Shown piece after piece: positions 9,650 to 19,496 of a stretch of 64,000 bases of DNA. The position numbers and the translations under genes are program-made. Under the pieces are notes generated by a model that ran no database searches, was not told the origin of the DNA, and worked only from the letters and a program-made list of their open reading frames with translations. The stretch is from an uncultured Gemmatimonadaceae bacterium (GTDB taxonomy: Bacteria > Gemmatimonadota > Gemmatimonadetes > Gemmatimonadales > Gemmatimonadaceae): NCBI GenBank assembly GCA_963790305.1, contig CAWBOC010000005.1, positions 224,001 through 288,000 on the forward strand, in the 5' to 3' direction. Each line of letters starts with the position of its first letter. The stretch's first letter is position 1.

Positions 9650-12600
9650 TCAGAATCCGAGGTTGAGGGACACGACGAACTGCGTGAGCGCGGGCAAGAG
9701 ACCTTGATCCTGCGGAAAGGACCCCTGCGTCGGTGGGACGCCCGTGTAGCGAACCTCGGGATCTGGTCCGTTGAAGTCGGTCCAGGTTGCGAGGTTGCGT
9801 CCCGCCACGGTCAGCGCCGCGGTCGCAATGCCGGCTCGACTCACCCAATTCTCGGGCAGCCGATACGTCGCGGAGATCTCGCGCAGCTTCACGAACGAGG
9901 CGTCCTCAATGAACTGATCCCCCACGCCAGCGGTCGTCGATGAGGGGGCAATCCCCGCGAGGTACGCCGTCGAGTACCGTTCGGGGAAATGGCGCGCTTC
10001 GCAGACGCCGAAGGCGCAGGCGTTCGCGGCGTTCGCGTTCTGTAAGTTGTGACCCCGCTTGAAGTCCACCATGCCGTACAGCGTTAGGCGCTGGCCGATC
10101 GAGAACGTGTTCGTCACATTCCCCAGGACCTTCGGCGTCTGCGTCCCGACGAAAATGGGAAGGGCTTGCGCGCAGGGGACCGGCGTACCACCGGATGGCC
10201 CGGCCACGCACAAGATGTTGGTGATCGCGTGAGTCGCGGGATCGCGCGTCGCGCTGGCAATGCGCTTCGTCCACCAGCCCGCGATCGGGTAGCCCTCGAC
10301 GTTACGAATGGCCCCAGCACCGGACGGGACGCCGCCCATGTCTTCGATTCGGTCCTTGTTGGTGCTGACGTTCCCGCCGATCTCCCACGCGAAGCGGTCG
10401 AGCGTGATCGCTCTGAAATTCGCCTGAAGCTCGATCCCACTGCCGCTCGTCTCGCCAATGTTGACCGTCTGATCCCCGGCGAACCCACCCAATGGCGCGA
10501 GCTGCCTCGTTAGGATCGCGTCCTTCGTCCGCCTCGTGTAGTAGGTGAAGTCCAGGCTCAGGCGATCGAAGAGGCCCGCCTCGAAACCGGCTTCCCACTC
10601 CGTCCCGCGCTCCGGCTTGAGATCCGGATTCCCGAGCGAGCCCGGAGTCACGCCCGGTATCCCGTTGGCGCGCGGTGCATTGGTCACCGTGCGAAGCGCA
10701 ACAAACGTGTTCGGCTGCTGGCCGGATTGTCCGTATGCGGTGCGGAGCTTCAGGGTATTGACGACATTGCCGAATCCGCTCCAGAACGACTCCTCGCTGA
10801 TCACCCACGCGGCACTGACCTTCGGGTACGTGACCCAGTCGAGGTCTTCGCCGAACGCCGAGTTGTTGTCGACACGCACGCCGGCGGTGAGGAAGAGGCG
10901 GTCGTTCCACCCAAACTGCTGCTGCCCGTAGACACCCATGGTCGTGTTGACGATGAGCTCTTGCGTCGGCGTACCGGCGACTGTCGTCCCCGAGACGGTT
11001 TCAACGCCTGGCGCGGGGAACCGCTGACCCGACAGCGCGCTGTTCTTGAGCTGCTTTCGCACCCACTGTCCGCCAACCGACGTCGCCGACGAGATCGCTG
11101 GGGTAATCGCGAACGTCGCCGTGCCCGAGTAGTCGCCCGTGATGTAGCTGTGGTTGCGCAGCGTCTGCGTGATGCGCCCATCAGCGGCGGCTGCTCCAAC
11201 AAGCGCCGCCACGAATGGCCTGAGCTCAGGCGGGGCGAATCGCTCGAGCGCCCGGCTGTCGTCCGAGGTGTAGTCGAGACCGAGCGTGAGCCGGTGGGCG
11301 AACCAGCTGGCCGGCCGGTGGTTCAGTGTCGTCCCACCGGTGAAGCGGTTGATGTCCTGAGCATTGTCGTAGAGCTGCTGCGGGACTTCCGGCGGCGCGA
11401 AGCCGAACCCGCGATTGGCGGGAAAGACGAGCGGATGGCCAATCGACATTCCCAGCAACGGTGAAACGCCCCCGTCGGTGCCGAGGTGAAGGTTGCTGCG
11501 CACAAAATGCAGGGTGGCCCCAATGTCGATCTTGTCGGTCGCCGCGGTGCGGACGTTCGCGTGGGCGCTGAACGTCTTTCCGAAGTTGTTAGGCTCGATT
11601 CCTTCATCGTCGTTGTACGTGCCCGACAGGTAGTAGGTCAGTTGCTCGCGTCCGCCCGAGAGCGCGAGGTGATAGGATTGCGTGCGGCCGGTCGAGAACA
11701 CCGGCGTCCCGCGATCCTCTTCCTGCTGGATGGGATTCCAGGGAACGATCTCACCCGCGGTGTTGCGAGCGTAGTTGGTGGTGATGCGTCCCTCGGGATC
11801 CCGGAACCATTGCGCGCCCTGCTCGGTGCGCACCGTCAACCGTGCCGGCCCCGCAACGCCTTTCTTGGTGATGATCTGGATCACCCCGTTCGCCGCTTCC
11901 GTCCCGTAGATGGTCGCCGCCGCCGGACCTTTGATGATCTCAATGTCCTGGATGTCCTCCGGCGCGATGTCGTTCAGCCGTGACGCGACCTGCGAGTTTT
12001 GCGCGCCGAGCGCGCCGGCACTCGGCGGCCCTTGATTCACGGCGTTGTTCACCCGAACGCCGTCGATGTATACGATCGGCTCGTTGGAGAGCGATAAACT
12101 CGATCGGCCGCGTATCCATACCGTCGGCCCGGAGCCGACACGCCCCGAGTTGGGCGCGATGATGACGCCCGGAGCGCGCGACTGAAGCAGCGTGCCCAGG
12201 TTCGGCGCCGCTGAACGCTCGAGCTCCTGGGCGGCATCGATCGTTGCCACGGTGTTTCCAAGGCTTCGGCGCCGCTCCCCGATACCCGTGCCCGTCACGA
12301 CGACTTGATCGAGCTCGACGGCCGCCTCGGTGAGAACGATGCGAATGGCGATTTCGCCGACTCGCGCGACTTGCGTCGCCGGCTGAAAGCTCAGTCGGCG
12401 CACCTCGAGCGTGACCTGGTCGCCGGAAAGTCCGGTGATCCGGAAGCGGCCGGCCGCGTCGGTCGCGGCGCCGAAGGTCGTTCCCTGGACGCGGACATTC
12501 GCGCCTTCGACTGGGGTCATCACGCCGGCTTTGACGACCACGCCGGCGACCGTCCCCTGTTGTGCGGCGGCAATGACCGGCGCGAGAACGACGAGTGAGG

Positions 12601-12673
12601 CGATGCCCAACGTGGCGCGCCACCGTGAGTTGGCCGGGTGGCCGACAGCGCGGATCGACGAGAGAATGCGCAT
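9650..12673 (-). CDS. susC: SusC/RagA family TonB-dependent outer membrane transporter
   Basis: Carboxypeptidase-regulatory-like N domain, LDQVVVTG, IEIIKGPAAATIYGTEAANGVIQIITKKG, LGNPDLKPE, C-terminal F; start set at ATG 12673. Confidence 0.95.
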   Translation of the reverse strand: MRILSSIRAVGHPANSRWRATLGIASLVVLAPVIAAAQQGTVAGVVVKAGVMTPVEGANVRVQGTTFGAATDAAGRFRITGLSGDQVTLEVRRLSFQPATQVARVGEIAIRIVLTEAAVELDQVVVTGTGIGERRRSLGNTVATIDAAQELERSAAPNLGTLLQSRAPGVIIAPNSGRVGSGPTVWIRGRSSLSLSNEPIVYIDGVRVNNAVNQGPPSAGALGAQNSQVASRLNDIAPEDIQDIEIIKGPAAATIYGTEAANGVIQIITKKGVAGPARLTVRTEQGAQWFRDPEGRITTNYARNTAGEIVPWNPIQQEEDRGTPVFSTGRTQSYHLALSGGREQLTYYLSGTYNDDEGIEPNNFGKTFSAHANVRTAATDKIDIGATLHFVRSNLHLGTDGGVSPLLGMSIGHPLVFPANRGFGFAPPEVPQQLYDNAQDINRFTGGTTLNHRPASWFAHRLTLGLDYTSDDSRALERFAPPELRPFVAALVGAAAADGRITQTLRNHSYITGDYSGTATFAITPAISSATSVGGQWVRKQLKNSALSGQRFPAPGVETVSGTTVAGTPTQELIVNTTMGVYGQQQFGWNDRLFLTAGVRVDNNSAFGEDLDWVTYPKVSAAWVISEESFWSGFGNVVNTLKLRTAYGQSGQQPNTFVALRTVTNAPRANGIPGVTPGSLGNPDLKPERGTEWEAGFEAGLFDRLSLDFTYYTRRTKDAILTRQLAPLGGFAGDQTVNIGETSGSGIELQANFRAITLDRFAWEIGGNVSTNKDRIEDMGGVPSGAGAIRNVEGYPIAGWWTKRIASATRDPATHAITNILCVAGPSGGTPVPCAQALPIFVGTQTPKVLGNVTNTFSIGQRLTLYGMVDFKRGHNLQNANAANACAFGVCEARHFPERYSTAYLAGIAPSSTTAGVGDQFIEDASFVKLREISATYRLPENWVSRAGIATAALTVAGRNLATWTDFNGPDPEVRYTGVPPTQGSFPQDQGLLPALTQFVVSLNLGF

Positions 12674-12744
12674 TGGCGTGGGACGGGTAGGAGGTCGGCC
12701 AGCGCGCGGCGGGCGGCCGGGCTGGCTCCATCGCTGCGACCAAT

Positions 12745-12756
12745 ACTGTATACAGT
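12745..12756. promoter_or_regulatory. Palindromic operator candidate ACTGTATACAGT (GntR/FadR-like)
   Basis: Perfect AT-rich 12-bp palindrome in the divergent susC/GNAT intergenic region, just downstream of a minus-strand TTGCGC-N18-TAATAT. Confidence 0.55.
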
Positions 12757-12868
12757 GCGGCGTACACGCTATATTACGCCTCCCGCGCGACGAAGCGCAA
12801 GACAAGTTTCTGGACGTCCGCCCGCCATCCAGCTCCTTTTCCTCGCCCTTACAGCGCGCGAAGACCAC

Positions 12869-13756
12869 ATGCAGCGAGCCCGCACTCCCGCGGACCCCGA
12901 GACGCACGACAACGCCCTGCGCGGACCGGATGGCATCACCCTGCGCCGCGTGTCGGGACTCCGCGAGTATCAGGAGTGTCTGGCCATTCAGGAAGAGACC
13001 TGGGGGAACGGGTTCCGGGAAATCGTGCCGCCGGTGATCCTCATGGTCGCCCAGAAGCTCGGGGGGGTGTGCGCCGGCGCGTTCGCTCCCGACGGCCGCA
13101 TGCTCGGCTTCGTGTTCGGGATGACCGGGCCCCTCAACGGCCGGCTCGTGCACTGGTCGGACATGTTGGCCGTCCGCGCCGACGCTCGGGGCGGCCACAT
13201 TGGGCAGCGACTCAAGCTGTATCAGCGCGATCTCGTGCGCGCCGTGGGCGTCGAGACCATGCACTGGACCTTCGACCCGCTCGTCGCCCGAAACGCTCAC
13301 CTCAATCTCACGCGCCTCGGCGCACGAGCCATCGAATACGTCCCCGACATGTACGGAACCAACACGGGCAGTCCGATACACGGCGCCCTCCCCACCGATC
13401 GCGTGATCGTCGCCTGGGATCTCACCAGACCGCCTGATCCCGTCGAGCGCACGTCGCGCCTCGGTCTGCTGGTGAACCCGCCCGCGGCCGACGGTCTGCC
13501 GTCTCTCAACGGCCTGCTCGACGCGTCGGTCGTTCGCATCGCCATCCCCACCGACCTGGAGGCGGAACCGGGCGAGCGGCGCGCCGTCTGGCGTCAGGTG
13601 ACCCGCGCGGCGTTCGAGTCGTACCTCGGTCGCGGGTACGAGGTGGTCGGCTTCCGCCGCGGTCAGGGAGACGAGCTGCCATCCTACGAGTTGTCGCCAC
13701 GCGGATTGCCATCCTCGACGGCTGTCCCGACTGAATTGGTACATGCTGCGCGTTGA
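12869..13756 (+). CDS. GNAT family N-acyltransferase (putative D-amino acid N-succinyltransferase type)
   Basis: SDMLAV...GIGQRLKLYQR, WTFDPLVARNAHLNL, DMYG, TDRVIVAW motifs; overlaps the NSAR gene. Confidence 0.85.
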   Translation: MQRARTPADPETHDNALRGPDGITLRRVSGLREYQECLAIQEETWGNGFREIVPPVILMVAQKLGGVCAGAFAPDGRMLGFVFGMTGPLNGRLVHWSDMLAVRADARGGHIGQRLKLYQRDLVRAVGVETMHWTFDPLVARNAHLNLTRLGARAIEYVPDMYGTNTGSPIHGALPTDRVIVAWDLTRPPDPVERTSRLGLLVNPPAADGLPSLNGLLDASVVRIAIPTDLEAEPGERRAVWRQVTRAAFESYLGRGYEVVGFRRGQGDELPSYELSPRGLPSSTAVPTELVHAAR

Positions 13757-14894
13757 GCGGATCTCGCTGCGCGAGATCCGGCTCCCGCTGCGCGAGCCTT
13801 TCCGGATCTCGAGTGGGGTGGTCGACGAGCGTCGCATCGCGCTCCTCGAGATCGTCGACGCCGACGGGGTCGCCGTATGGAGCGAGTGTGTCGCCGGCGA
13901 GCACCCGAACTACAGCTCCGAGACGATCGATACCGCATGGCACGCGATCACCGAGTGGGTTGCCCCGCGCGTGCTCGGGCGGTCGTTCAGCGATGTGCGT
14001 GACGTCTTCCCGGCACTCGAGCGCGATTTCCGCGGACACCTGATGGCGAAAGCCGCGGTCGAGATGGGAGTTTGGATCCTGGCCGCCGAACGGCTCGGTA
14101 CCTCGCTGGCCAATCTGCTCGGCGGCACCCGATCCCAGATCGCCACCGGCATCTCGCTCGGCATCCAGCCCTCGCCCGAGGTGCTCGTAGAAAAAGCGCG
14201 CGCGGCGTTGGCGTTAGGCTATCGCAAGGTGAAGATCAAGATCCAGCCGGGCGCCGACATCGCCTACGTCGGCGCCGTCCGCGTGGCGCTCGGGCCAACG
14301 GCGCCGCTGATGGCCGACGCGAACAACGCCTACACCATCGCCGACGCCGAGCACCTCGCCCGCCTCGACGCCCTCGAGCTGATGATGATCGAGCAGCCGT
14401 TTGCGTTCGATGATCTCGTGCAGCACGCCGCCCTTCAGCGCCGCCTGACGACGCCGATCTGTCTCGACGAGTCCATCACCTCGGTCGACCGCGCGCGCGA
14501 CATGGCGGCGCTCGGCAGCGGACGCATCGTCAACATCAAGCCGGGACGCGTCGGAGGATTCACAGCGTCACTCGCCATTCACGACTTCTGCGAGACGAAG
14601 GGGATTCCCGTCTGGTGCGGCGGTATGCTCGAGAGCGGTATCGGACGCGCCTGCAACGTGGCGCTGGCGTCGCTCCGCAACTTCACCAAGCCGGGCGACG
14701 TGAGCCCGAGTGCGCGGTACTGGGAGCGGGACATCGTGACGCCGGAATGGACGATGAACGCCGACGGAATGGTTCGCGTCCCGCTCGACCGGCCCGGCCT
14801 GGGCGTGGATGTGGACCTGGGACGCGTGGACGATCTCACCGTCCGAGAAGCGAAGCTCACGGCTCCGAACCGGGCGGCGACCGCTCGAGTTTAG
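13743..14894 (+). CDS. menC: o-succinylbenzoate synthase / N-succinylamino acid racemase (NSAR/OSBS subfamily)
   Basis: Enolase superfamily KIK, DANN, EQP, DES, NIKPGRVGG, WCGGMLESGIGRA motifs. Confidence 0.9.
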   Translation: MLRVERISLREIRLPLREPFRISSGVVDERRIALLEIVDADGVAVWSECVAGEHPNYSSETIDTAWHAITEWVAPRVLGRSFSDVRDVFPALERDFRGHLMAKAAVEMGVWILAAERLGTSLANLLGGTRSQIATGISLGIQPSPEVLVEKARAALALGYRKVKIKIQPGADIAYVGAVRVALGPTAPLMADANNAYTIADAEHLARLDALELMMIEQPFAFDDLVQHAALQRRLTTPICLDESITSVDRARDMAALGSGRIVNIKPGRVGGFTASLAIHDFCETKGIPVWCGGMLESGIGRACNVALASLRNFTKPGDVSPSARYWERDIVTPEWTMNADGMVRVPLDRPGLGVDVDLGRVDDLTVREAKLTAPNRAATARV

Positions 14895-14951
14895 CGCGGT
14901 TGCCGAAGGACGCGCTTCCCGCCGAGCGGGGGGGACGCGAGATTCGGTGGC

Positions 14952-15788
14952 GTGTCCGAGCTACCGACCTACACCGCCACGCGATACCTGCAGCCGCTCC
15001 GTGAAGGCGGATCGCTACCCGCTGTGGTCGATACCGACGGGGGCGGGCTGTTCGTGGTGAAGTTCCGCGGAGCAGGCCAGGGCGCCAAAGCGCTCGTGGC
15101 CGAGCTCATCGTCGGAATGTTGGCCCGCGCGCTGGGCCTGCCGATACCGAGCCTCGCGCTCATCGAGGTGCCCGCGTCGTTCGGGCGCAGCGAGCCCGAC
15201 TCCGAGATCCAGGATGTCCTGCGAGCCAGCCACGGCGTCAACGTCGGCCTTCGATACCTGGACGGCGCATTCAACTACGACAACAGCGCCGCCGGCGAGC
15301 TCATCACGGCCGAGCTGGCCACGCGTGTGGTCTGGCTGGACGCGTACGTGACGAACCCCGATCGCACCCATCGCAATCCCAACGTGCTGATCTGGGAGCG
15401 CCGCCCCTGGCTCATCGACCACGGCGCAGCGCTCTACGCGCATCACGATTGGCCGACCGTCGACGACGCACGTACCCTCACCCCTTTTCCGCGAATCCGC
15501 GAGCACGTGCTGCTCGGCCGCAGCGCGAGTCTCGAGGCGACCGACGCCGACCTCGCCGCGACGCTCACCGATGAATGCATCACGCAAGTCTTGATGAACG
15601 TGCCCGACGCCCTGCTCCTCGATCCCACGCGCGGGCAGGAATTCACCGCGGGAGACGACGCACGCGCTCGTTACTTCGACTACCTGACGCGACGGCGCGA
15701 TGGACCGCGCGTCTTCGTGCAGGAAGCGGCCCGCGCGCGCATTCACATGCGCGACACGCCACCGCACCGCCTGTCGGCGCGTCGATGA
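14952..15788 (+). CDS. HipA-like kinase
   Basis: LREGGSLP, VVKFRGAGQG..ALVAE, NPDRTHRNPN, WLIDHG motifs; GTG start. Confidence 0.88.
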   Translation: MSELPTYTATRYLQPLREGGSLPAVVDTDGGGLFVVKFRGAGQGAKALVAELIVGMLARALGLPIPSLALIEVPASFGRSEPDSEIQDVLRASHGVNVGLRYLDGAFNYDNSAAGELITAELATRVVWLDAYVTNPDRTHRNPNVLIWERRPWLIDHGAALYAHHDWPTVDDARTLTPFPRIREHVLLGRSASLEATDADLAATLTDECITQVLMNVPDALLLDPTRGQEFTAGDDARARYFDYLTRRRDGPRVFVQEAARARIHMRDTPPHRLSARR

Positions 15789-16186
15789 TGCCTCGATCGC
15801 GCTCGGTTTCCTACGACTTCGCGGTGCTGCGCGCCGTGCCACATCCGCATATCGGCGCGTTCGTTCCGGTGGGTGTGGTGCTGCACGCGCGCACCGTGGA
15901 CTACCTGGGGATGCGCTCCCTCACCGACATCGACGAGCTTCGAGCGCAGGTGCCCGAGGTGGACGCGGAGCTCCTCGCGCGGTACCTGCGATCCGTGCGC
16001 GCCATCTGCGACGGCGATGAATCCGCCGGCCCAGTAGCGCTGACACCTCCCTCCGAGCGCTTTCATTGGCTCACGGCGCCGCGGTCGGACGTCATCCAGA
16101 GCTCGCCGATCCACGAGGGCGTGTGCTCCGATCCGGAGCGGGAGCTGGATGCGCTGTTCAGGACCTACGTGAGGCGGGGCGCCTGA
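15785..16186 (+). CDS. DUF3037 domain protein
   Basis: YDFAVLRAVP...FVPVGVVL...ERFHWLTAPRSDVIQSSPIHEG; ATGA overlap with the kinase. Confidence 0.88.
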   Translation: MMPRSRSVSYDFAVLRAVPHPHIGAFVPVGVVLHARTVDYLGMRSLTDIDELRAQVPEVDAELLARYLRSVRAICDGDESAGPVALTPPSERFHWLTAPRSDVIQSSPIHEGVCSDPERELDALFRTYVRRGA

Positions 16187-16189
16187 CAG

Positions 16190-16323
16190 GACAAGGGGTC
16201 AGGAGTCAGGAGTCAGGGATCAGGGGGTGTCAGGGAGAAGGTTCGAGGAGTACGACTCGCGACTCCTGAAACCTCTTCCCTGACACCCCCTGATCCCTGA
16301 CTCCTGACTCCTGACCCCTTGTC
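16190..16323. repeat. Perfect 47-bp inverted repeat of TCAGGAG-type heptamers
   Basis: 16190-16236 is the exact reverse complement of 16277-16323; lies between convergent genes. Confidence 0.95.
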
Positions 16324-16328
16324 TCACA

Positions 16329-16877
16329 TCACCTCAGGTAGAGTACGCCGCTCGTAAAGTCGAACACCGCCTCTCGCTCGGCGAGGAGGTCCGCGCCGAT
16401 CACCCCATCGGCGAGCTCGATACCCTCTTCGCGCAAGCTCTGGTTCACGTGCGAGAGATCGAGCACGACCACCGGGAGCGAATCGAGATGCAGCCCGCCG
16501 AGGCGGACGTCATCGAGTCGACCGCTCAGAGCGCGCTGCGCGGGTGCGCCGAGGCCGGACACGCGGGTGCGGCTGCGGCGAAGCGAGAGGCCGAGCCTCA
16601 GCGCACTGGCGTTATCGAGGATGCTCGTCGACGCACCGGAATCGATGATGAGTGACAGCCGTTGTCCGTCAACCTGCGCCATTGCTTGATAGTGACCCGA
16701 TTTTAGCCGCCTCGTCGGGATGCCGACGTACCCCCGATCGCGCAGAACGGAATTGATCACCGACGAAGGGGTTGCGCGCGCCGCGCGATCCGGTGAACCT
16801 GCTGATGGCGTCATCGTACAGCCAATGAAGGCCGCGATCGTGCCTAGCGCGCGGAGTGCCAAAGAAGCGAATCGCAT
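16329..16877 (-). CDS. Retropepsin-like aspartyl protease (probable lipoprotein)
   Basis: LIIDSGAS catalytic motif, GVIGADLL; FIGC lipobox-like. Confidence 0.85.
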   Translation of the reverse strand: MRFASLALRALGTIAAFIGCTMTPSAGSPDRAARATPSSVINSVLRDRGYVGIPTRRLKSGHYQAMAQVDGQRLSLIIDSGASTSILDNASALRLGLSLRRSRTRVSGLGAPAQRALSGRLDDVRLGGLHLDSLPVVVLDLSHVNQSLREEGIELADGVIGADLLAEREAVFDFTSGVLYLR

Positions 16878-17001
16878 GGGGATGCCTGGAAGCGGGAGAA
16901 CGAAGGCTCATCCCTACGACACCACCGGCGCCCCGCATGTTGCGTCCTTACACAAAACTTGACGATTTCCGAGAGGCGGCTCATCAAACGCCGAGGTGTC
17001 C

Positions 17002-17409
17002 ATGAATGCGATCGCGACGACTGCCCAACCCGCTCCCTTCCTGCAGCCGCTGTGTCTCAGGACGCATCGCCTCACGAACGCGTTGATCCTGCTCCTCATC
17101 CCGGTGCAGTTCTACGCAGCGGGCTTCGGTATTTTCCGCGCCGGCAGCATGGTGCCGCATGCACTCATTGGGTATTTCCTGGTGCTGGTGGCGCTGGTGT
17201 CGCTCATCTCCGCGGCGATCGCGCGGCGAAGTCTCCCTGATCTCGGCCGCGCATTCGGCGTGCTCGTTCTCATCATCATGCAACCACTGTTGATCCATGT
17301 GCCGCGATACACGCTTCCCGAGCTGTCGGCGCTCCATCCCGTGAACGGGTTGGCGATTGGCGTGCTCGCGTTCGTCATCCATCAGCGACTTCGTACGGCG
17401 CCGCGCTGA
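17002..17409 (+). CDS. Four-TM membrane protein, DUF6220-like
   Basis: GAGGTG RBS; VQFYAAG...H...SALHPVNG; four hydrophobic segments. Confidence 0.7.
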   Translation: MNAIATTAQPAPFLQPLCLRTHRLTNALILLLIPVQFYAAGFGIFRAGSMVPHALIGYFLVLVALVSLISAAIARRSLPDLGRAFGVLVLIIMQPLLIHVPRYTLPELSALHPVNGLAIGVLAFVIHQRLRTAPR

Positions 17410-18746
17410 TGCGCGTGAGCAGCACCCGTTCAGGGCTCTCGTCGTCGCTCGTGCGCCGGCCGGCTCTCGCGCTAGTCGCGACACTCCTGCTGAGCCCGTC
17501 GCAAGCCAGGTCGCAGCACGAGCATCCCCCAGCAGCGCCGTCCGCCCCTGTCGATCACTCGATGCACGGCATGATCGCTGGTGCGCTCGGCATCTCGCAC
17601 GCACGTATGGGATCGGGCACGACGTGGGTTCCCGACGTCACCCCTATGCGCGCGATCCATACGACGTGGGGCGACTGGTCGGTGATGCTCCATGGTGTCG
17701 CCTTTCTCCAGTACGATCGCCAGTACTCGCGCCGCGGCGACGATCAGGTTGGCCTGATCGACTGGGAGATGTTGATGCTCATGCGGCGACTCGGCCCCGG
17801 GCTTCTGCACTTGCATGCGATGACGAGTCTCGAGCCGTTCACCATCGGCGCCGAAGGCTACCCCTTGCTGCTTCAGACCGGCGAGACGTTCGAGGGGCGT
17901 CCGCTCGTCGACCGCCAGCATCCGCACGATCTCATCATGGAGCTGGCAGGAATGTACGAGCAGCCGGTCTCCGACAATCTCGCCCTCTCGGTGTATGCAG
18001 GCTTTGCCGGCGAGCCTGCGATGGGACCCGTTGCTTTCATGCACCGGCCATCGGCGCAGAGCGATCCGCTCGCGCCACTCGGCCACCATTGGCAGGACGC
18101 TACCCACATTACTTTTGGCGTCGTCACCGGCGGCATCTTCTCGCGACACTGGAAGCTGGAGGGCTCGTGGTTCAATGGCCGCGAGCCGGATGAGAATCGC
18201 TGGAACCTCGATCTCCGGCCACTCGACTCGTGGGCGGGTCGCCTAACGCTGAATCCAACACAGCGCCTGAGTCTGTCGGGATGGTATGGCTTTCTCGAGA
18301 GCCCGGAAGCCAGCGACCCCGATGAGTCGACGCGGCGCTTCGGAGCCTCGCTCCTCTTCGCGCACCCAGGCGTCGGCGGAGGCTGGTCGACGATGCTGCT
18401 CTGGGCCGCCAACGACCACGGTCACGGAGCGGAGCCCAGCTTCGCCGCCGAGAGCGATCTCCAGGTGAGGGGCCACAGTGTCTTCGCGCGCTACGAGTTC
18501 GTGCGCAAGAGCGCCGACGACCTGGTCATCGAGGGCGCGGGAGACGCGGACTTCCCGATTCATTCCTTCGTCGCCGGATACGCCCGCGACCTGGTGAGAA
18601 CGGAATCCGCGGCCATCGGCGCTGGCTTTCGAGCATCCATCAACTGGATTCCGGCATCACTCGCGGAGTCGTACGGAACGCGGAGGCCGGCCGGGATCGC
18701 GGTCTACCTCAGGGTCCGCCCGCCGGATGTGATGCTCGCGCCGTAG
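17409..18746 (+). CDS. Hypothetical exported/outer-membrane protein with His/Met-rich N-terminus
   Basis: Signal peptide; HEH..DHSMHGM, GSGTTW, DRQHPHDLIME, HHWQDATH, FNGREPDE; alternating beta-strand pattern; TGATG coupling. Confidence 0.75.
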   Translation: MRVSSTRSGLSSSLVRRPALALVATLLLSPSQARSQHEHPPAAPSAPVDHSMHGMIAGALGISHARMGSGTTWVPDVTPMRAIHTTWGDWSVMLHGVAFLQYDRQYSRRGDDQVGLIDWEMLMLMRRLGPGLLHLHAMTSLEPFTIGAEGYPLLLQTGETFEGRPLVDRQHPHDLIMELAGMYEQPVSDNLALSVYAGFAGEPAMGPVAFMHRPSAQSDPLAPLGHHWQDATHITFGVVTGGIFSRHWKLEGSWFNGREPDENRWNLDLRPLDSWAGRLTLNPTQRLSLSGWYGFLESPEASDPDESTRRFGASLLFAHPGVGGGWSTMLLWAANDHGHGAEPSFAAESDLQVRGHSVFARYEFVRKSADDLVIEGAGDADFPIHSFVAGYARDLVRTESAAIGAGFRASINWIPASLAESYGTRRPAGIAVYLRVRPPDVMLAP

Positions 18747-19494
18747 CTGCCACCCCACCCTGCCGAAGATAGTCGGCGAAGTCGTCGGGAAGCTCGCTGG
18801 CGATGATCGCCTGTGCCGCCGCCTCGACGTCATAGTCGACTCTCACAATCTCGGCGTTGACGCTGCCCGCCTCGACATCGAGCACGACGTAGCTCGCCCG
18901 CCAGTCGCCATCCTTCGGCCGGCCGACCGAGCCTGTATTGACGTAGTGCACGCCCTCCACGACGCGATGCCACGGCACGTGCGTGTGACCGAAGCACACG
19001 ACATCGCCGGCGCGCGCGCCGAGCCCGGAGCCCATCTTCTCGAGGAACGCGTCGGAGCGATCTTGATGGACGTACACGGTGTTGAGCGTCTGGTTGCCGT
19101 GAACGAGGGTCACGGTCGGCCCGGCGACGTGGCCACCGTTAGGCCGGATGTCGATCCGAAACGGTAGCCCACCCAGAAACGCCTTGGTCCGCGGTGAGAC
19201 GTGCGCGCGCGTCCACGCATAGGAGACGTGCGACAGCTCCTCCTGCCGCGGATCTTCGTACTGGCACCCACAGTGCTTGTAGTCGGCCGCGACCGTGGAG
19301 TCATAGTTTCCCGCCACACCCGAGATGCCGGCCGCGATGAGCGTCTCGACGACCTCGTTTGGCCATGGTGCATATCCGACGAGGTCGCCCAGGTGGTACG
19401 TCGCATCTACGCCCTCGCGCATCGCGACGTCGCGCAGCACCGCCTCCAGCGCCGGCAGGTTGGCGTGAATGTCGGAGATGAGAGCGTAGCGCAT
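18709..19494 (-). CDS. Metallophosphoesterase (calcineurin-like, YfcE/MJ0936 type)
   Basis: SDIHAN, GDLVGY, GNYD, HG, GHTH, NTGSVG motifs. Confidence 0.9.
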   Translation of the reverse strand: MRYALISDIHANLPALEAVLRDVAMREGVDATYHLGDLVGYAPWPNEVVETLIAAGISGVAGNYDSTVAADYKHCGCQYEDPRQEELSHVSYAWTRAHVSPRTKAFLGGLPFRIDIRPNGGHVAGPTVTLVHGNQTLNTVYVHQDRSDAFLEKMGSGLGARAGDVVCFGHTHVPWHRVVEGVHYVNTGSVGRPKDGDWRASYVVLDVEAGSVNAEIVRVDYDVEAAAQAIIASELPDDFADYLRQGGVAATARASHPAGGP

Positions 19495-19496
19495 CG

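Noticed and set aside
12674..13837. 1395-aa version of SusC
   Set aside because: The extension is antisense to the GNAT gene; the signal peptide begins after ATG 12673
13743..14894. Menaquinone biosynthesis cluster
   Set aside because: No other men genes are present; the GNAT coupling favours a racemase role
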